A stretch of 62,786 nucleotides of DNA, the filler included, from Folioceros fuciformis (Eukaryota): the NCBI GenBank assembly GCA_049999805.1. It is 12 parts of 12 records of this genome, joined end to end, with 100 filler letters (N's around TTAATTAATTAA, not from the genome) between each part and the next. Parts side by side here need not be neighbours in the genome. Positions count along the whole stretch, not along the records: positions 10,094 to 15,246 come from JBNGIO010001620.1; positions 15,347 to 16,693 come from JBNGIO010001621.1; positions 16,794 to 19,271 come from JBNGIO010001622.1; positions 19,372 to 21,929 come from JBNGIO010001623.1; positions 22,030 to 34,367 come from JBNGIO010001624.1; 7 more parts are not named here. The stretch is one strand, 5' to 3'. The notes under the pieces are model-generated. The model had not been told where the DNA came from. It made no database searches and saw nothing but the letters and a program-made list of their open reading frames with translations. This document shows positions 13,001 through 24,890 of the stretch, one piece after another. Made by a program: the position numbers and the translations under genes. Within the stretch, counting starts at the first letter, position 1. Each line of letters starts with the position of its first letter.

Positions 13001-14015
13001 ACAGCCCAGACCTATGGCAGGACCTGATGCACCTATACCACCTGCCACCCCTGGCCAGACCGACGGCTTCGTTGCACCAGTTCCAGTTCCTCTCCCGGCC
13101 TCACCTCCATAGCCCAGCCCTATCCTCACCACACTGGTTAGGGCTCACTCAACTTCAAGTACCCTGGTCACACCAACCCTTCCTCCTCCTCAACCTGCTG
13201 CCCAAGGACTACTTCCTCCCTTGCAGCTCACAAGGGAAGATATTCCCGGGACCAAGTTTCATGACTTAGATTTTTCCAGCGCCCATGGCTTGGCTTCTCA
13301 TACAATTGATCGACCCAACATAGTTTCAACCAAGGAGGCCCTTGTTGGCCCTGAAGCAGAAGGATGGAAAAAGGTCATGAACAGCGAGTATCAATCCCTT
13401 ATGGACAACAAAACTTGGACCCCTGTACCATTGCCACGAGGATGTCACGTTGTGGGAAGCAAATGGGTACTGTGAAAGAAATATAATACTGATGGTCAAG
13501 TTTCTAGATTGAAGGCCCGTTTTGTTGCAAGAGGTTTCACTCAGCGTAATGGGCTCGATTACTCATGTGATAGGGTCTACACCCCAGTTGTCAAATTGAC
13601 CTCCCTACGTATTATGCTGGCTCTAGCAGCCCTGCATAATCTCCATACCCATCAGCTCGACGTGCAGACCGAGTATTTGTATGGTACTCTCAAGGAAGAA
13701 ATTTATATCAGGCAGCTAGATAGATGTAGAAAACCAGGACTAGACGACTTGGTCTACTTGCTCCACAAAGGTCTTTACGGCCTCAAGCAATCTGGTAAAG
13801 AATGGTATGAAGAACTTTTCACATGCCTCCGAGATCTGGGATATACCAGGAGCGATGCTGATGCTTGTGTTTTCACCAAGAACATAGGCTCTCACATGCT
13901 AATGGTGGGTCTCTACGTTCATGACCTGATCATAATCTCTAATGATGCCAAATACCTATCGGAATGCAAAGGTGCACTCCTGCGTAGATTCTCCATGATA
14001 GATAATGGCAACTAA
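10094..14015 (+). mobile_element. Degenerate Ty1/copia LTR retrotransposon: partial 5' LTR (to 10332), PBS, gag-protease-integrase-RT; truncated within RT, no RNase H or 3' LTR
   Basis: LTR end ...GAGACA followed by PBS TGGTATCAGAGC (10333-10344). Gag KLTHQNYATW, zinc knuckle CHYYSKRGHVAPDC, protease WLLDSGATEHM, LWHLRLAH, integrase VHADLCGP, RT KARFVARGF...LYGLKQSG...LYVHD. Integrase precedes RT (copia order). Several nonsense codons. Confidence 0.95.
10333..10344 (+). promoter_or_regulatory. Primer-binding site complementary to tRNA-iMet 3' end
   Basis: TGGTATCAGAGC directly follows the LTR-terminal CA. Confidence 0.9.
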
Positions 14016-17000
14016 TTTTTGGAAGTAATTTGCATGATTTTGAAAATTTGGAAAACTCTTAGTACTTATAAATAAAAAGTATTTTAAGATTAAAAGAAAT
14101 GAAGATTAATTCTACATTAAAAATATTTTAGATAAAAGAACTCATAGAAAAGAAAACAAAGAGTCCTTCCATAAGAGAGAGAAAAGAATAGGATTGTATA
14201 AGATATTTTTTTACTTTTAGATTTGCATGGATCCAAATTTTGAAATGAAGTTCTCAACTGCATGACTTGCTATTACATCATGACGTTGCAGGTCGGCAAC
14301 ATCGCATCTTGCCTTCCTACTATAGTGCCCTTCATCGATAAAGTCTATATCATTTAATTTTCTTTTCTTTTCATTTGTGATTTCACGCATACGCTGATCG
14401 TCGCGGCAACCCCGTAAAATGCCAAAAGGCTCCTGTGGGGAAAAATATTGCACCTAAGGGTGCTGCGAGGTCCACACAAGCCCTCTATGTCGTTGTAGGC
14501 ATGGGATTCGATCCTAAGGGAATGATTTATGTTAAATAACACAGGTTTCCTCTAAAATTCAGTTACTGCCCGAATCAGTCCTTACCTACCTATCATGCAA
14601 CTACCACTCCCGACGTTGTCATTCAACTACTTTCGTCGCTACCATACTACCTTAGACCAGAACTTCCATAGCGGTCCACCCCACCACCCGGGGCCTCCTC
14701 AACTACCAATCCTAGGCCACCTCGGCCCTCAGCAACCCCCGGGGACGCTCCCCGACGGTCGTGAATCCAGCTACCCCGGTGGGCCCCACTTTCTCTCTCT
14801 CTCTCTCTCTCTCTCTACCCTGGCAACTTGCTCCTCCAGTAACCCCAGATTTCACTTAGCGTCACGAGGTTTTCTACCGTCTAAGACCCTAGGACTTTAC
14901 GGTGTCACTTCCCAGATACCCTCACCCGCTCCTGTTGCGGCTGGCTTGCGTTGGAGGCTTCCTCACCACCTTTACACTCACTCACGGCCACACTCACTCC
15001 TCATCGTTCACACACACACACACCAGGGCTTTGACCACTGATGGCACAGCGCCCGCGCACAGGTTACCCGTCACCTCGACCCTTAAACTCACGCTCCAAC
15101 CAAGCACCCAGACCCGACACCGTCACACACCGTTTATGCTTTACGCCCAAGCCACTACAAACCCGACTTGCCTCTCGCTTATAGCTTTTCTCACATTCCA
15201 CCTTCCCACTCGTCACTTCCCCATACATCAGTCACACCCTCTCTTCNNNNNNNNNNNNNNNNNNNNNNNNNNNNNNNNNNNNNNNNNNNNTTAATTAATT
15301 AANNNNNNNNNNNNNNNNNNNNNNNNNNNNNNNNNNNNNNNNNNNNCCTTACGGTCACGTTCATGACCACTGGACTAGCTAGAAAGTGAGTGCTCAGAAT
15401 TTGTCTTCTTCACACAATCCTGCTGATTGTTACTCAACTGATCAGGTTGACGTTGTTTAGCACGACATGGTGTCTGGTAGGGTCGTGGGTGGTGGCATGC
15501 TCTTCTTTGGGGTTAGTACAGTGACTCGTGCCGAGTGGGGGAGTCAATAGGAAAGTATAGAAGTGTCATGAAGGTGACCGCCGATTAGGTGAGAAACCCT
15601 CATCCAATGTCGTTTAGAATAGAATAGCAAATATATGTCTTAATAAACCAATGCTAGGATAAATGAACCTAGCTTAGCTAGATATTTTGCAAACTAGCTT
15701 AGAAATAGCTAGATGTTTCTAGGCAAGTTGCGTCGGAACACATGTTGGGTGGAACCCATGGTGTGGGTAAGGAAATTGCCATGTGACACCATGAACCTCC
15801 ACTTGCCCGCATCGAGTCAGAAAATCTTGCATGTCATACTGTTTGGAAAAATGCTTGCATGCATTCGACACGTTGTGAGAAATCTCCAAACCCCTTCAGA
15901 AATGACCATCCTCAAACATGGCCATACCCTATGGTTGCCCACATCACCCTACAGCCTTGGACGCTAACCCCACCCCTCATTCCTAGTGGCACCAATGTGG
16001 ATCAAATGTCGCCTAGTCCCTACACCAAGTCCCCATTCCCCGCTGATATGCCCTTCCTACAATCCATGAAGAAGGAAAATGGGAGGCATAGGAATTGTAG
16101 CATTTGTTTACAGTCTTTGCCTTGAAGACAATTGCATGGACATTATGCTGCGACCCAGGCAATGAGGGCTTGCATGAATGGCACCCCATTCCCCTTAAAA
16201 GACGTAATGAGTTTTGGGAGTGACAGCATAGGAGATCATGCCACGTCATAGTAGCTAGCGTCACTCTTGCATGTGTAGGGCCTTCTAGACTTCCAATGTG
16301 ATTAAATTAACATGGTCTCGTGAGGAAGGCGTATCACCAACTGTAACATCATAGGTGGCTTCGTTTGCACAGGGACACCGAGCCTCAACGTGTTACCAAG
16401 TGGGTGGGTTGTAACTTGTACTGTAAAAGAGGAGTGTACCATGACACCCGTAAACCCAGTTGTGTTTGTAGTGGCTAAAGGAAGCAAACACTTCACTCTT
16501 ACAAGCTTACAACTCTTAGGTAGGCTTGTTGAGAGAATACAAGTTGCTCAAAGGCTAGATTGAGCTTGGAAGTGTTAACTTTGCAAGCTTATTGCAAGAC
16601 ACAAGTTGCTAATGATTTGAAGTGCTGGACCTATGATTTTGCAAGGAATGATTTAAAGTGTTGCAGCTACAATTTTGCAAAGGAGAAGAGATTNNNNNNN
16701 NNNNNNNNNNNNNNNNNNNNNNNNNNNNNNNNNNNNNTTAATTAATTAANNNNNNNNNNNNNNNNNNNNNNNNNNNNNNNNNNNNNNNNNNNNGGCCCGC
16801 GGGGTTTTGGCTGCTAATCACACTTCTTCTCACCACTTCCCTTTTCTTTTCCCACTACTCATACTCCGCCCATGGAGGCAAGCTCAACCACCAGGGGGAA
16901 CAGTTGCCAGAGAAGGCTTTGCGGACAGCCATCCAGCAAGAAAGAGGTGGCGTCCACAAGATCTTTGAAGATCAGGTATCCTTCAAGGTTTCAAGATAGT

Positions 17001-17964
17001 TTAATAGGTGGTGGTAGGGTCAGCAGGTTGTTGAGCTAGCTCATCAATATTGGCGGCGGGATGTGCTAAAAAAGTTTAAATAAGTGGTTGGTGACAGCCG
17101 ACTAGGCTAGTTGTTGTAAAACAATAATAATTGTCAAGCTAAAGAGAGGTGAGGTAAGAGAGAGAGAGACTCCTATAAGATACAGTGAGCCCCTAGGAAG
17201 CAAGTCGTCACTTTATGATCTCTCTCGAGGTGCCCCTGCTTGGATACAGCAGTGTGTGCCGGTTGTGCATGTGTGCAACGTCTAGTAAAGCTTTGAGAAG
17301 TAGTGACCAAGGTTAAGGGCTAGGTCCCTTCAATTTTGGATCGTGCTCTCCGTGTCGTGCCCCATAATCTTTCATTCTTGTTTCCTCGCAGGGCTGGAGT
17401 GAATGCCGACCATGCTTGCATGGTTGTTAAGCCATATTGATTAATTAGGGTATCTAATTAATCAAATAGATATAATTAGGCTAATCATATGTGATTAGTC
17501 TAATTATATGATTAGGTAGATCAGGGATAGCTATGTAGGGAAAGTGTGACACGTTTAGGGTTCAGAACCGTCATTGTGCGAAATGGTGGAGAGGTTTCAA
17601 GCGTGGGCGGCATGGCGACAATGGAGAAGAGAAGGACTGGGGGTAACGGCCAGGAGCAGTGTGACAGATAAGTGCTGAACTTCTAGGCTCTATCCTGCAG
17701 TTGTTAGAAGTTCTCTCGTTGAGCCTAAGCCTGCGGTCAAGGTAGCTGGCCAAGGAACTACTTGTGAATCCACTGCTCAAAAATCAGAGTGAAAGCATTG
17801 ATGGGTTGCATTGTGGTGTGAGCATGTGTGACTAGCAATCTGAGCCACGCCGGTGCTAGGTGGAGAACTTACTACGACTCGCAAACCCAGCTGCTATGCT
17901 TGCAGGATCAAGATCTAGCTCACAAACCCCAGAGCTCAGGCAGGCAAGTTCACAAGAGCTGTTG

Positions 17965-18365
17965 GGCTTCGTCGCGGGCATCAGCACAACGTCGGTGGAC
18001 GACAATGCTGGACAGTGAGCTGAGGCACTCAACTCAATTGCCAAGGGAATTCCGGTAAGCTATGGTGTCCCGTCGCGGGCATCAAGGTAGCGCCAGTGCT
18101 AGATAGTGAGCTGAGGCAGTCAGCTCAAGTGCCAAGGGAATTCGAGCAAGTTGTGGTGTCCCATCGCGGGCATCAGGGTAGCGCCAGTACTGGACAGTGA
18201 GCTGAGGCACTCAGCTCAAGTGCTAGGGGAATTCAAGCAAGTTGTGGTGTCCCATTACGGGCATCACGGTAGCGCCAGTGCTGGATTTAGGGTTTAGGCA
18301 CTCAGCTCAAGCGCCAAAGGAATCCCAGCAAGTTGTGTGTCCTGTCACGGGCACCAAGGCAGCGT
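17965..18365. repeat. Tandem repeat, ~91-bp unit, ~4.5 copies, in non-coding TE-like contig
   Basis: CGGGCA(T/C)CA recurs near 17975, 18076, 18167, 18258 and 18348. AGTGAGCTGAGGCA recurs at ~91-bp spacing. Confidence 0.85.
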
Positions 18366-20354
18366 CAGAGCATGGAGCTGTTGAGCAGCGGGCTGGTGGA
18401 CAACGATGGATGGACGTGTACGTGAGTGCCAGAAGTCGGGAGGGAGAGACTTAGTCAGCGCAAGCTGAGGCTGTCCATGAACTCAAACTGAACCGACTGT
18501 GTGGAAGGCCCGCTCGTGGAGCTGAGGAGGTGACTGTACAGTCTATGATCTGCAGGGAGGCGACACCCAGGCGAACCCGAACTTGTCTAGTCGTGAGCTG
18601 GAGCCAACAGGGGCAGATCGCGTGTGTGGGAGACGACGTCTATGCGCACGCAAGGCCACCGTCGCCGCTTTCAGGACTGAGGAGCTGGGGATCGCGACGC
18701 AGTGCCAAGATCACGACACCGTGCTTGGATTTCGACGGGGTGCTTGGATTGTGACACTGTGTCTGGCCCGTGGCGTGGTGCCTGGATTACGAAGCTGTGC
18801 CTAGACCTCAACGCTGCGATTGGATCGTGTAGCTGAGCCTGGATCGTAGCGCTGGCCTGGCCTGGGCAGGAGGTGAGTAGGGGAGGGGGGGACTTGAGCC
18901 ATGGACAAAGCTATGAGGGCAAGGACAAGCACTGCCAACGCTGTTTGTAGAGGACACCACCAAGATCAGAATCAACACTTGCGAGGCTTTTGTGGGGACA
19001 CCGACATACGCAGTAATGTGTGTTGGACGATTGAGGGTCAGTCAGTTGACACAGACAACTGCTCTGGCTGGACATCACTGGAACATGTCGTGAGGCTGTG
19101 TGATGATGTTTTTATATGAGCTGCCACTGACGTTGTTACTTTTTGACGACAGACGTTTTTGGCGTATGAGAAGCGGATCAGGACTTGCAAGGGCTACTAT
19201 TTTGTTTGATGGACATCCCATTTACCTTACGGTCACGTTCATGACCACTGGACTAGCTAGAAAGTGAGTGCNNNNNNNNNNNNNNNNNNNNNNNNNNNNN
19301 NNNNNNNNNNNNNNNTTAATTAATTAANNNNNNNNNNNNNNNNNNNNNNNNNNNNNNNNNNNNNNNNNNNNGTACTTGGACATTAAATTAGAGTTAATAG
19401 GTTTTGCATCAACTATGTTTTGCAAACATTTGTTTAAATCACAATCGAGCCTTGGAAGCACATTGAATGTCAATGCTATAGCGCATTAGCACTAACAATG
19501 AAACACCTACTAGTAGTCTGGGAATTTGCTTATTCTACCTAAGATCTAGATCTTCAAAATTGTTATTTTCTTCCATAGTGTTTACAATCTAGGTAGCGAG
19601 AAACGGTGCCCTAACTAGCCCGTATCCCGCCGTCCTGGATAGGTTTAGGTCATTAATAAATAGCCATATATATACTTAAATATATTAAGTGCACGAACAG
19701 GTGCACCGAAGCGTCAACGGTTAACCGCCATGCCGTTTCACTTGACACGGCCACATAAGGGCCTCACACGCACATTCATTTTAGAATCTGAACACAAGCT
19801 TTCTCTCTACGCTGCGTGCTATCGATCCTACGCTATGGTATCAGAGCCTGTCTATGGATTCCGCTGCTCCTTCCGCTAGTACCTGTGAGACCTGCAAGTC
19901 AGAGTCCTGCATCAGAAGCCTGTCCCATGAACAATTTCGCGCAGCCATTGCAGCACTCAGGATTGCACTCACCCGGTTTGGGAGCATGGCGGACACATTC
20001 TTGGCGGAGGCAGTCAACCACTACTACTCCTAGTACTTGCGCACCTCCTGCCAAAGAGGTCTGTGTCTCATCTGATGGATTTGCGCTCTCTAGTGGGCTG
20101 TTTGCAATTTCCTGCACATTCTCACTCGACAGGTTTGATCAGTGCGCACCCCTAAGATCTCTGAGACTCAGCCTACTGTAGAAAAGAATCTAGAGCGACA
20201 GACCGAGGTCAAGTTACACTGATATCCCAGTGTCTAATCACACACCAGGGCACTAGCGTAGCCAACCCGGTCCGTCGCTCACACAACGGTCAGTCCGTAG
20301 ATTTGCACAAAGCATGTCAAAAATTCATACTCAAAATTCAGACTCTCTAAAACA

Positions 20355-20945
20355 ATGCCTCGCAATGGTCGCACAAAGCGCACACTCACTCCACATAGGG
20401 AAACAGCATCTTCACTTCTCCCAGCGACGAGTTCCTGCAACAACTGTGGAAGGAGTGGACACCCGCGCCCATCTGTGAGCACATCTGCCTCTGCACCTGC
20501 CCAGACAGAGCTGGTATTGAAGGCTGTTCGGGGCCTGTTTGTTGAAGAACGCCGTCATACCCACGCAACTCTGTGCGATTTCCGTCGCATGCGCGAAGTG
20601 CAAGAAGAACACCTCCGCTGCAAGATTGACAACATCAATCGCAGGTGCAGACAACTCTCAAAGGACTTGAACACACTCTTCTCACAGGTCGCACACCTGG
20701 AGAGAGCGTCAAAACAACAAGACTCAAAGTCAGCACCAAGTCAAAATTTGCCAACTTACTCTCCGAATTCGTCAGAGAGAGTATCTGAAGGAAGAACTAA
20801 GGACGATATCATTTCTGAAGTGGCTGCAGCGCTAACACGCATGTCACTCGAGGCCAAATCCGGGAAGATGGTGCTAGAGCATGTCGGCACCTTGGGATTC
20901 CAGCCCAGCGGGACGTCCTCCTCGCAGGATTCCTGCCAGATCTGA
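20355..20945 (+). CDS. 196-aa intact ORF between copia PBS and gag; CxxC-x4-H motif plus predicted coiled coil; function unknown
   Basis: ATG-to-stop ORF containing CNNCGRSGH and the heptad-rich MREVQEEHLRCKIDNINRRCRQLSKDLNTLFSQVAHLER. It overlaps the gag-containing frame by 65 nt. Confidence 0.6.
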   Translation: MPRNGRTKRTLTPHRETASSLLPATSSCNNCGRSGHPRPSVSTSASAPAQTELVLKAVRGLFVEERRHTHATLCDFRRMREVQEEHLRCKIDNINRRCRQLSKDLNTLFSQVAHLERASKQQDSKSAPSQNLPTYSPNSSERVSEGRTKDDIISEVAAALTRMSLEAKSGKMVLEHVGTLGFQPSGTSSSQDSCQI

Positions 20946-21929
20946 AAGGACTTCTCCAGCGACGAGACCTGAAACATCAACTGCTGCCACCGGATCTGAA
21001 GAGACACGTGAATCGTCACCAGTTGAAGAGGCACTTGAAGCACCGTTTGCATTCTTTGCACCTGAAACGTCGCTTGCATCTGTCCTTCCAGAAGACCCCT
21101 TTGGTGTCTCAGAACTAGAAGACTACACGGTCTCAGATCCTCCACCAAATCCTTCTCATACAGCAGACACATTGGCATCACCAGTAACTGCTCCTGAGCG
21201 GGATCATCAGCAGTCAGAGTCTCCCCCTAGTAGTCCGTCCCTGTCATATAAGTCTTCCTCCAGCAGTTCAGAGTCTTCGTTAGGATCCTTTGATAGTGCA
21301 TCTTCGTTTTCCCTCAATAGATTATTTGACCTCAGTCAAACACAATTCGGTAAGCATACTGTCATGGGTACCAATCCTCCTACAAACGTCACTGTCAACA
21401 ATTTCAAGTATGACTTTAAAGATAGAGACAGGTTCAATGGTCAGCACTTTGACATCTGGATGATTAGAGTTCGTACCATTCTACAAGAGCAGGAACTTTG
21501 GGATTTTGTTACTGGCGCAACTCCAATGCCAGCAACACCTGCTGGAGGTGCAACTGCTGCAAGTCGAGCAGACCAGCATGCCTGGAAGCTCAAGGATCTT
21601 CGGGCACAAAATGTGATCCAGTCAGCACTGGACTTAAGCATGATGTCTCATGCTCGAGAGGCCTCAAGTTCCAAGGCAATCTGGGACTCTCTCTGCCAAG
21701 TTCACCAAAAGAAAAGCGTGACATCACTGGTTCATGCTACACGTGACTTCTACAATTTAAGAATGCGTGATAATGACACAGTTGAGATTCATGTCAGCCG
21801 GTTTCGGATGCTACGCACCAAACTTATTACTGCTGGCACAACTGTGGATGAGCTCCAAGCAGCAGTGGCTCTCCTTATGTCGCTCCCAGAAAAGTACAAC
21901 AGCTTTGTGAGTACACAAAATCAGCACAT
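20881..21929 (+). CDS. Copia Gag (partial) with ~160-aa Ser/Pro/Glu-rich N-terminal extension
   Basis: The frame is open from 20881 to the contig end, with Gag motifs from 21364 onward. Confidence 0.85.
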
Positions 21930-22978
21930 NNNNNNNNNNNNNNNNNNNNNNNNNNNNNNNNNNNNNNNNNNNNTTAATTAATTAANNNNNNNNNNNNNNN
22001 NNNNNNNNNNNNNNNNNNNNNNNNNNNNNCAACACGACTGTGCCGGTCCCCGTCGCCAACCATAGCATCCCCATGCGCTTCCGGGGGGACCACGCCCTCG
22101 CTTCCCTCCACTTATAATAATATTATTTCTTCCCCCTTAAACACAACCAACGCGGGCCTGTACCTTTTTTTTTTTAATTTCTGTTCATTGCAATCTCAAC
22201 GCCTAACTGAATACTCAGGGTTCAAGATCGCCATTGTAAAAAGGGTTACCAAACGGCTCTCTCATAACCGCATATAGCTTACGCTGCAATGACTGCACAT
22301 AGATTATAAATATAACAGCAAGAAGCAGCATCTCTGCCTTTGCCTTCAAATTCGTGGTGTTCTGATCATGGAAATGGTGAAGACATTCCCCTATACCATA
22401 AGGACAGGGTTTTATATGTTCCATTAGGGTTTTATGTTGGTTGTCAATAAGTTTACTTGTGATTACAACTTGTGCCTCGTTATGCTTTCAACAGGCTTTG
22501 AGATCAAACTATTGATGCAAAAAGAACAAGAGGTTAGATTTGGAAGAAAGGAAGAGGCTTATGGAAGATTTGCAAGTCACTCGTAAGTAGCAATTGGTGG
22601 AGGATTATGGAAGGTATGCAAGCCATTATGTGAGTCGCTAGTAACCTACTCTTGGTGGAGGTGATTGTGAGTATGCTTAAGGTGATTTGTGTACCACAAG
22701 TGAGTAAGAAATAAGGCTTGCATTCTCTAAATGACCTGGTTATCCATGCTGCCATAGCCACCTTGCAATAGATTGTAGATAGGTTGCTTTGCAACAAGAG
22801 TTGTTCCTACTACAAGCATTCATGGCAAAAAAGTAGATACATTTGATAGATTTCTAGATTGTATCATGTTATTGCTAAGAACGTAGATAGGTTGCTGTGC
22901 AATAAGAGATGTTGCTGCTACAAGCATCCCTAGCAGAAAAGTGGATATATTTGATAGATTTCTAAACAGCATCATGTG

Positions 22979-23270
22979 CAAAAGTGTTGTTTTACATAAG
23001 AGAAGGAGATTAAATGTTTGCTTTGTGCCTTGTGAAGCTTTGATAGATTTCTAAACACCATCATGTGCAAAAGTGTTGTTTTACAGAAGAGAAGGAGATT
23101 AAATGTTTGCTTTGTGCCTTGTGAAGCCTTTCTGCAAAAGTGTTGTTCTACAGCAGAGAAGCAGATTAAGTGTTTGCTTTGTGCTTTGTAAAGCCTTTGC
23201 CTTTCTGCAAAAGTGTTGTTTTATAGAAGAGAAGGAGATTAAGTGTTTGCTTTGTGCTTTGTAAAGCCTT
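22979..23270. repeat. Irregular tandem repeat, 4 copies of ~58-bp core AAAGTGTTGTTTTACAGAAGAGAAGGAGATTAAATGTTTGCTTTGTGCCTTGT
   Basis: The core starts near 22981, 23070, 23137 and 23211. Confidence 0.85.
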
Positions 23271-23589
23271 TCTAGCCTTCTACAATGGAACATCTAAGTC
23301 CTCGAACTTGTGTGGCATGCATAGGGAACTCGTGTTGTATGCAAAAAGGGATAATGGCCACAGTGGAAACCCTTGGTACCATGAACCCTATTTGGTTGAG
23401 GATAGCAAGAAAGGGAAAATTGTCAAAAATAGTTGAGTCCAAAACAAACCCTAGTGCAAGCTTGTGTACTTTACATTAGATATAGTGCATCAAGATGGGG
23501 CGTAATGCATGGACAAGGTTTATTGGAAATGGAACGGTTTCAATATATATCTTATTTTAAGTGTAAAATACTTAGTAGCTAATACCTGC

Positions 23590-24340
23590 ATAGCCCAAAT
23601 ACAAGGTCTAGGTCTTCTCGAGCTCGCATTCGATCTTGTTCAGGTAAAGGTAAAGAAGCAGGCTCCTGGCTTTTAGCTCGACCTTGCATCCAGGCATTTC
23701 GAATCGCACCAGCAACTTTAGCCACCGCGATGAGATTTCACTTAGGTTTGGCCCACCCCTTGGCTTTTTCTCTCTCTACATGCAGTTGTGGGGTTGCCAT
23801 TGTCGATACAGGGTCCCATTTGGCACGTTGTCCCATTGGGGAGAATCGCATTGTAGTCATGATGCAGTTCGAGATGTCATGTTCTCAATGGCTAGGGAGT
23901 GTGGGTTTCTTCCCTATAGGGAGCGTCCATATACTTTGCGCAATGGGGTTTCACTTAGAGCTGACCTTTTCTTCACTAGGGGAGAACCGATTTGTGTTGC
24001 TCATGTGGTTGTTATGGATCCTACTATGAATTCAATTTGTGAGTACGTCATCATCAACCCCCCCTTGTTGGGCAGTAGAGGGTTGTGCAAGTGCCAAAGT
24101 CCATAAGTATTCTCCCTTGCAAGACGGGCATACTTTCATGCCCCTTGCTTGCTCTTGAGACTCATGGAGCTATGGGCAAGGACTTTTCAAGGTTTATCAA
24201 GGGTTGCGCTAAGGTTTATCAGAGTGATAGGAATGGTGTTCTCCTTCTTTCTTATATGGTCTTCTTTCGACAACATGTATCCATTGCTTTGCAACGAGCA
24301 TTGGCCAATGCAGTTTTCAGAACAGCAACAAGGGTGCAGG
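23590..24340 (+). mobile_element. Degenerate 3' part of a restriction-like-endonuclease (CRE-like) non-LTR retrotransposon
   Basis: Frameshifted fragments give AGSWLLARP...MRFHLG...CSCG...GSHLARC (CCHC), HDAVRD, RADL (PD-type motif), ALETHGAMG and VSIALQR. This is the motif order of CRE/R2-group C-terminal endonuclease domains. Confidence 0.75.
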
Positions 24341-24876
24341 TCAAGCGGCTTCTTTGGCACCGGTGGTTGGTAGGCCTTTTGTTATTCCACATCATTACAT
24401 TTTGGGAACAGTAGGTAGTTTTTGAAAATGATATTCGCAAAAGAGGATACCTCTGCCTTTGGCCCTAATGGGGTTGTTCCTCCAATCTTTTGGAGTAATG
24501 GGATTTTCAAGTAGATGGGGATTTTCCATTTCTTTTTCAATCTCTTTTTCAATCATAGAAAATATGGAATTTTAATACAAGTCAACAAAGTCCACATTTA
24601 ATGATAAATAAAGTAAATAAAAAAATTATTTATCAATAATAATATACATACTAAATAAAATAATAGTTTTAATATATAAATATAATTTATATTTATGAAT
24701 AGGTCCATAAATCCAGTATAGATAAATGCCCTCCACATTCCATTGAAATAAATTCCGTGCGTTATAGAACAGGTGGCTTTCTGTACATACATATATGTAC
24801 ATATGTGGTACAGTAAGTATTGAATTTACGGTCCCACCATCCAAGCTATATCTCGATCAGTTGCAACGTACCACGG

Positions 24877-24890
24877 AAACCCTAAACCCT
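24877..24890 (+). promoter_or_regulatory. Telo-box (AAACCCTAAACCCT) at probable INTS3 5' end
   Basis: A plant telomere-type motif where AT-rich intergenic DNA gives way to the GC-richer leader. Confidence 0.5.

Larger units (their letters stand above)
19579..21929 (+). mobile_element. 5' part of a Ty1/copia element: putative 5' LTR (~19579-19833), PBS 19836-19848, upstream ORF, gag (cut by contig end)
   Basis: PBS TGGTATCAGAGCC. Copia Gag core from ATG 21364: DRFNGQHFDIWMIRVRTILQEQELWDFVTG...WKLKDLRAQNVIQ...SSKAIWDSL...LLMSLPEKY. The LTR start is tentative. Confidence 0.9.

Noticed and set aside
10371-14015. In-frame stops as sites of U-to-C RNA editing
   Set aside because: Such editing is known from plant organelles, not nuclear retroelements. 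Mutational decay explains the stops, and the element is also truncated.
14490-14525. GGATCGAATCC (minus strand) as the B-box of a tRNA or SINE
   Set aside because: The B-box is imperfect, with no A-box at suitable spacing and no cloverleaf.
15700-16500. Degenerate coding-like sequence in contig 4
   Set aside because: The frames I translated are broken by stops and show no recognisable domain, so no call can be supported.
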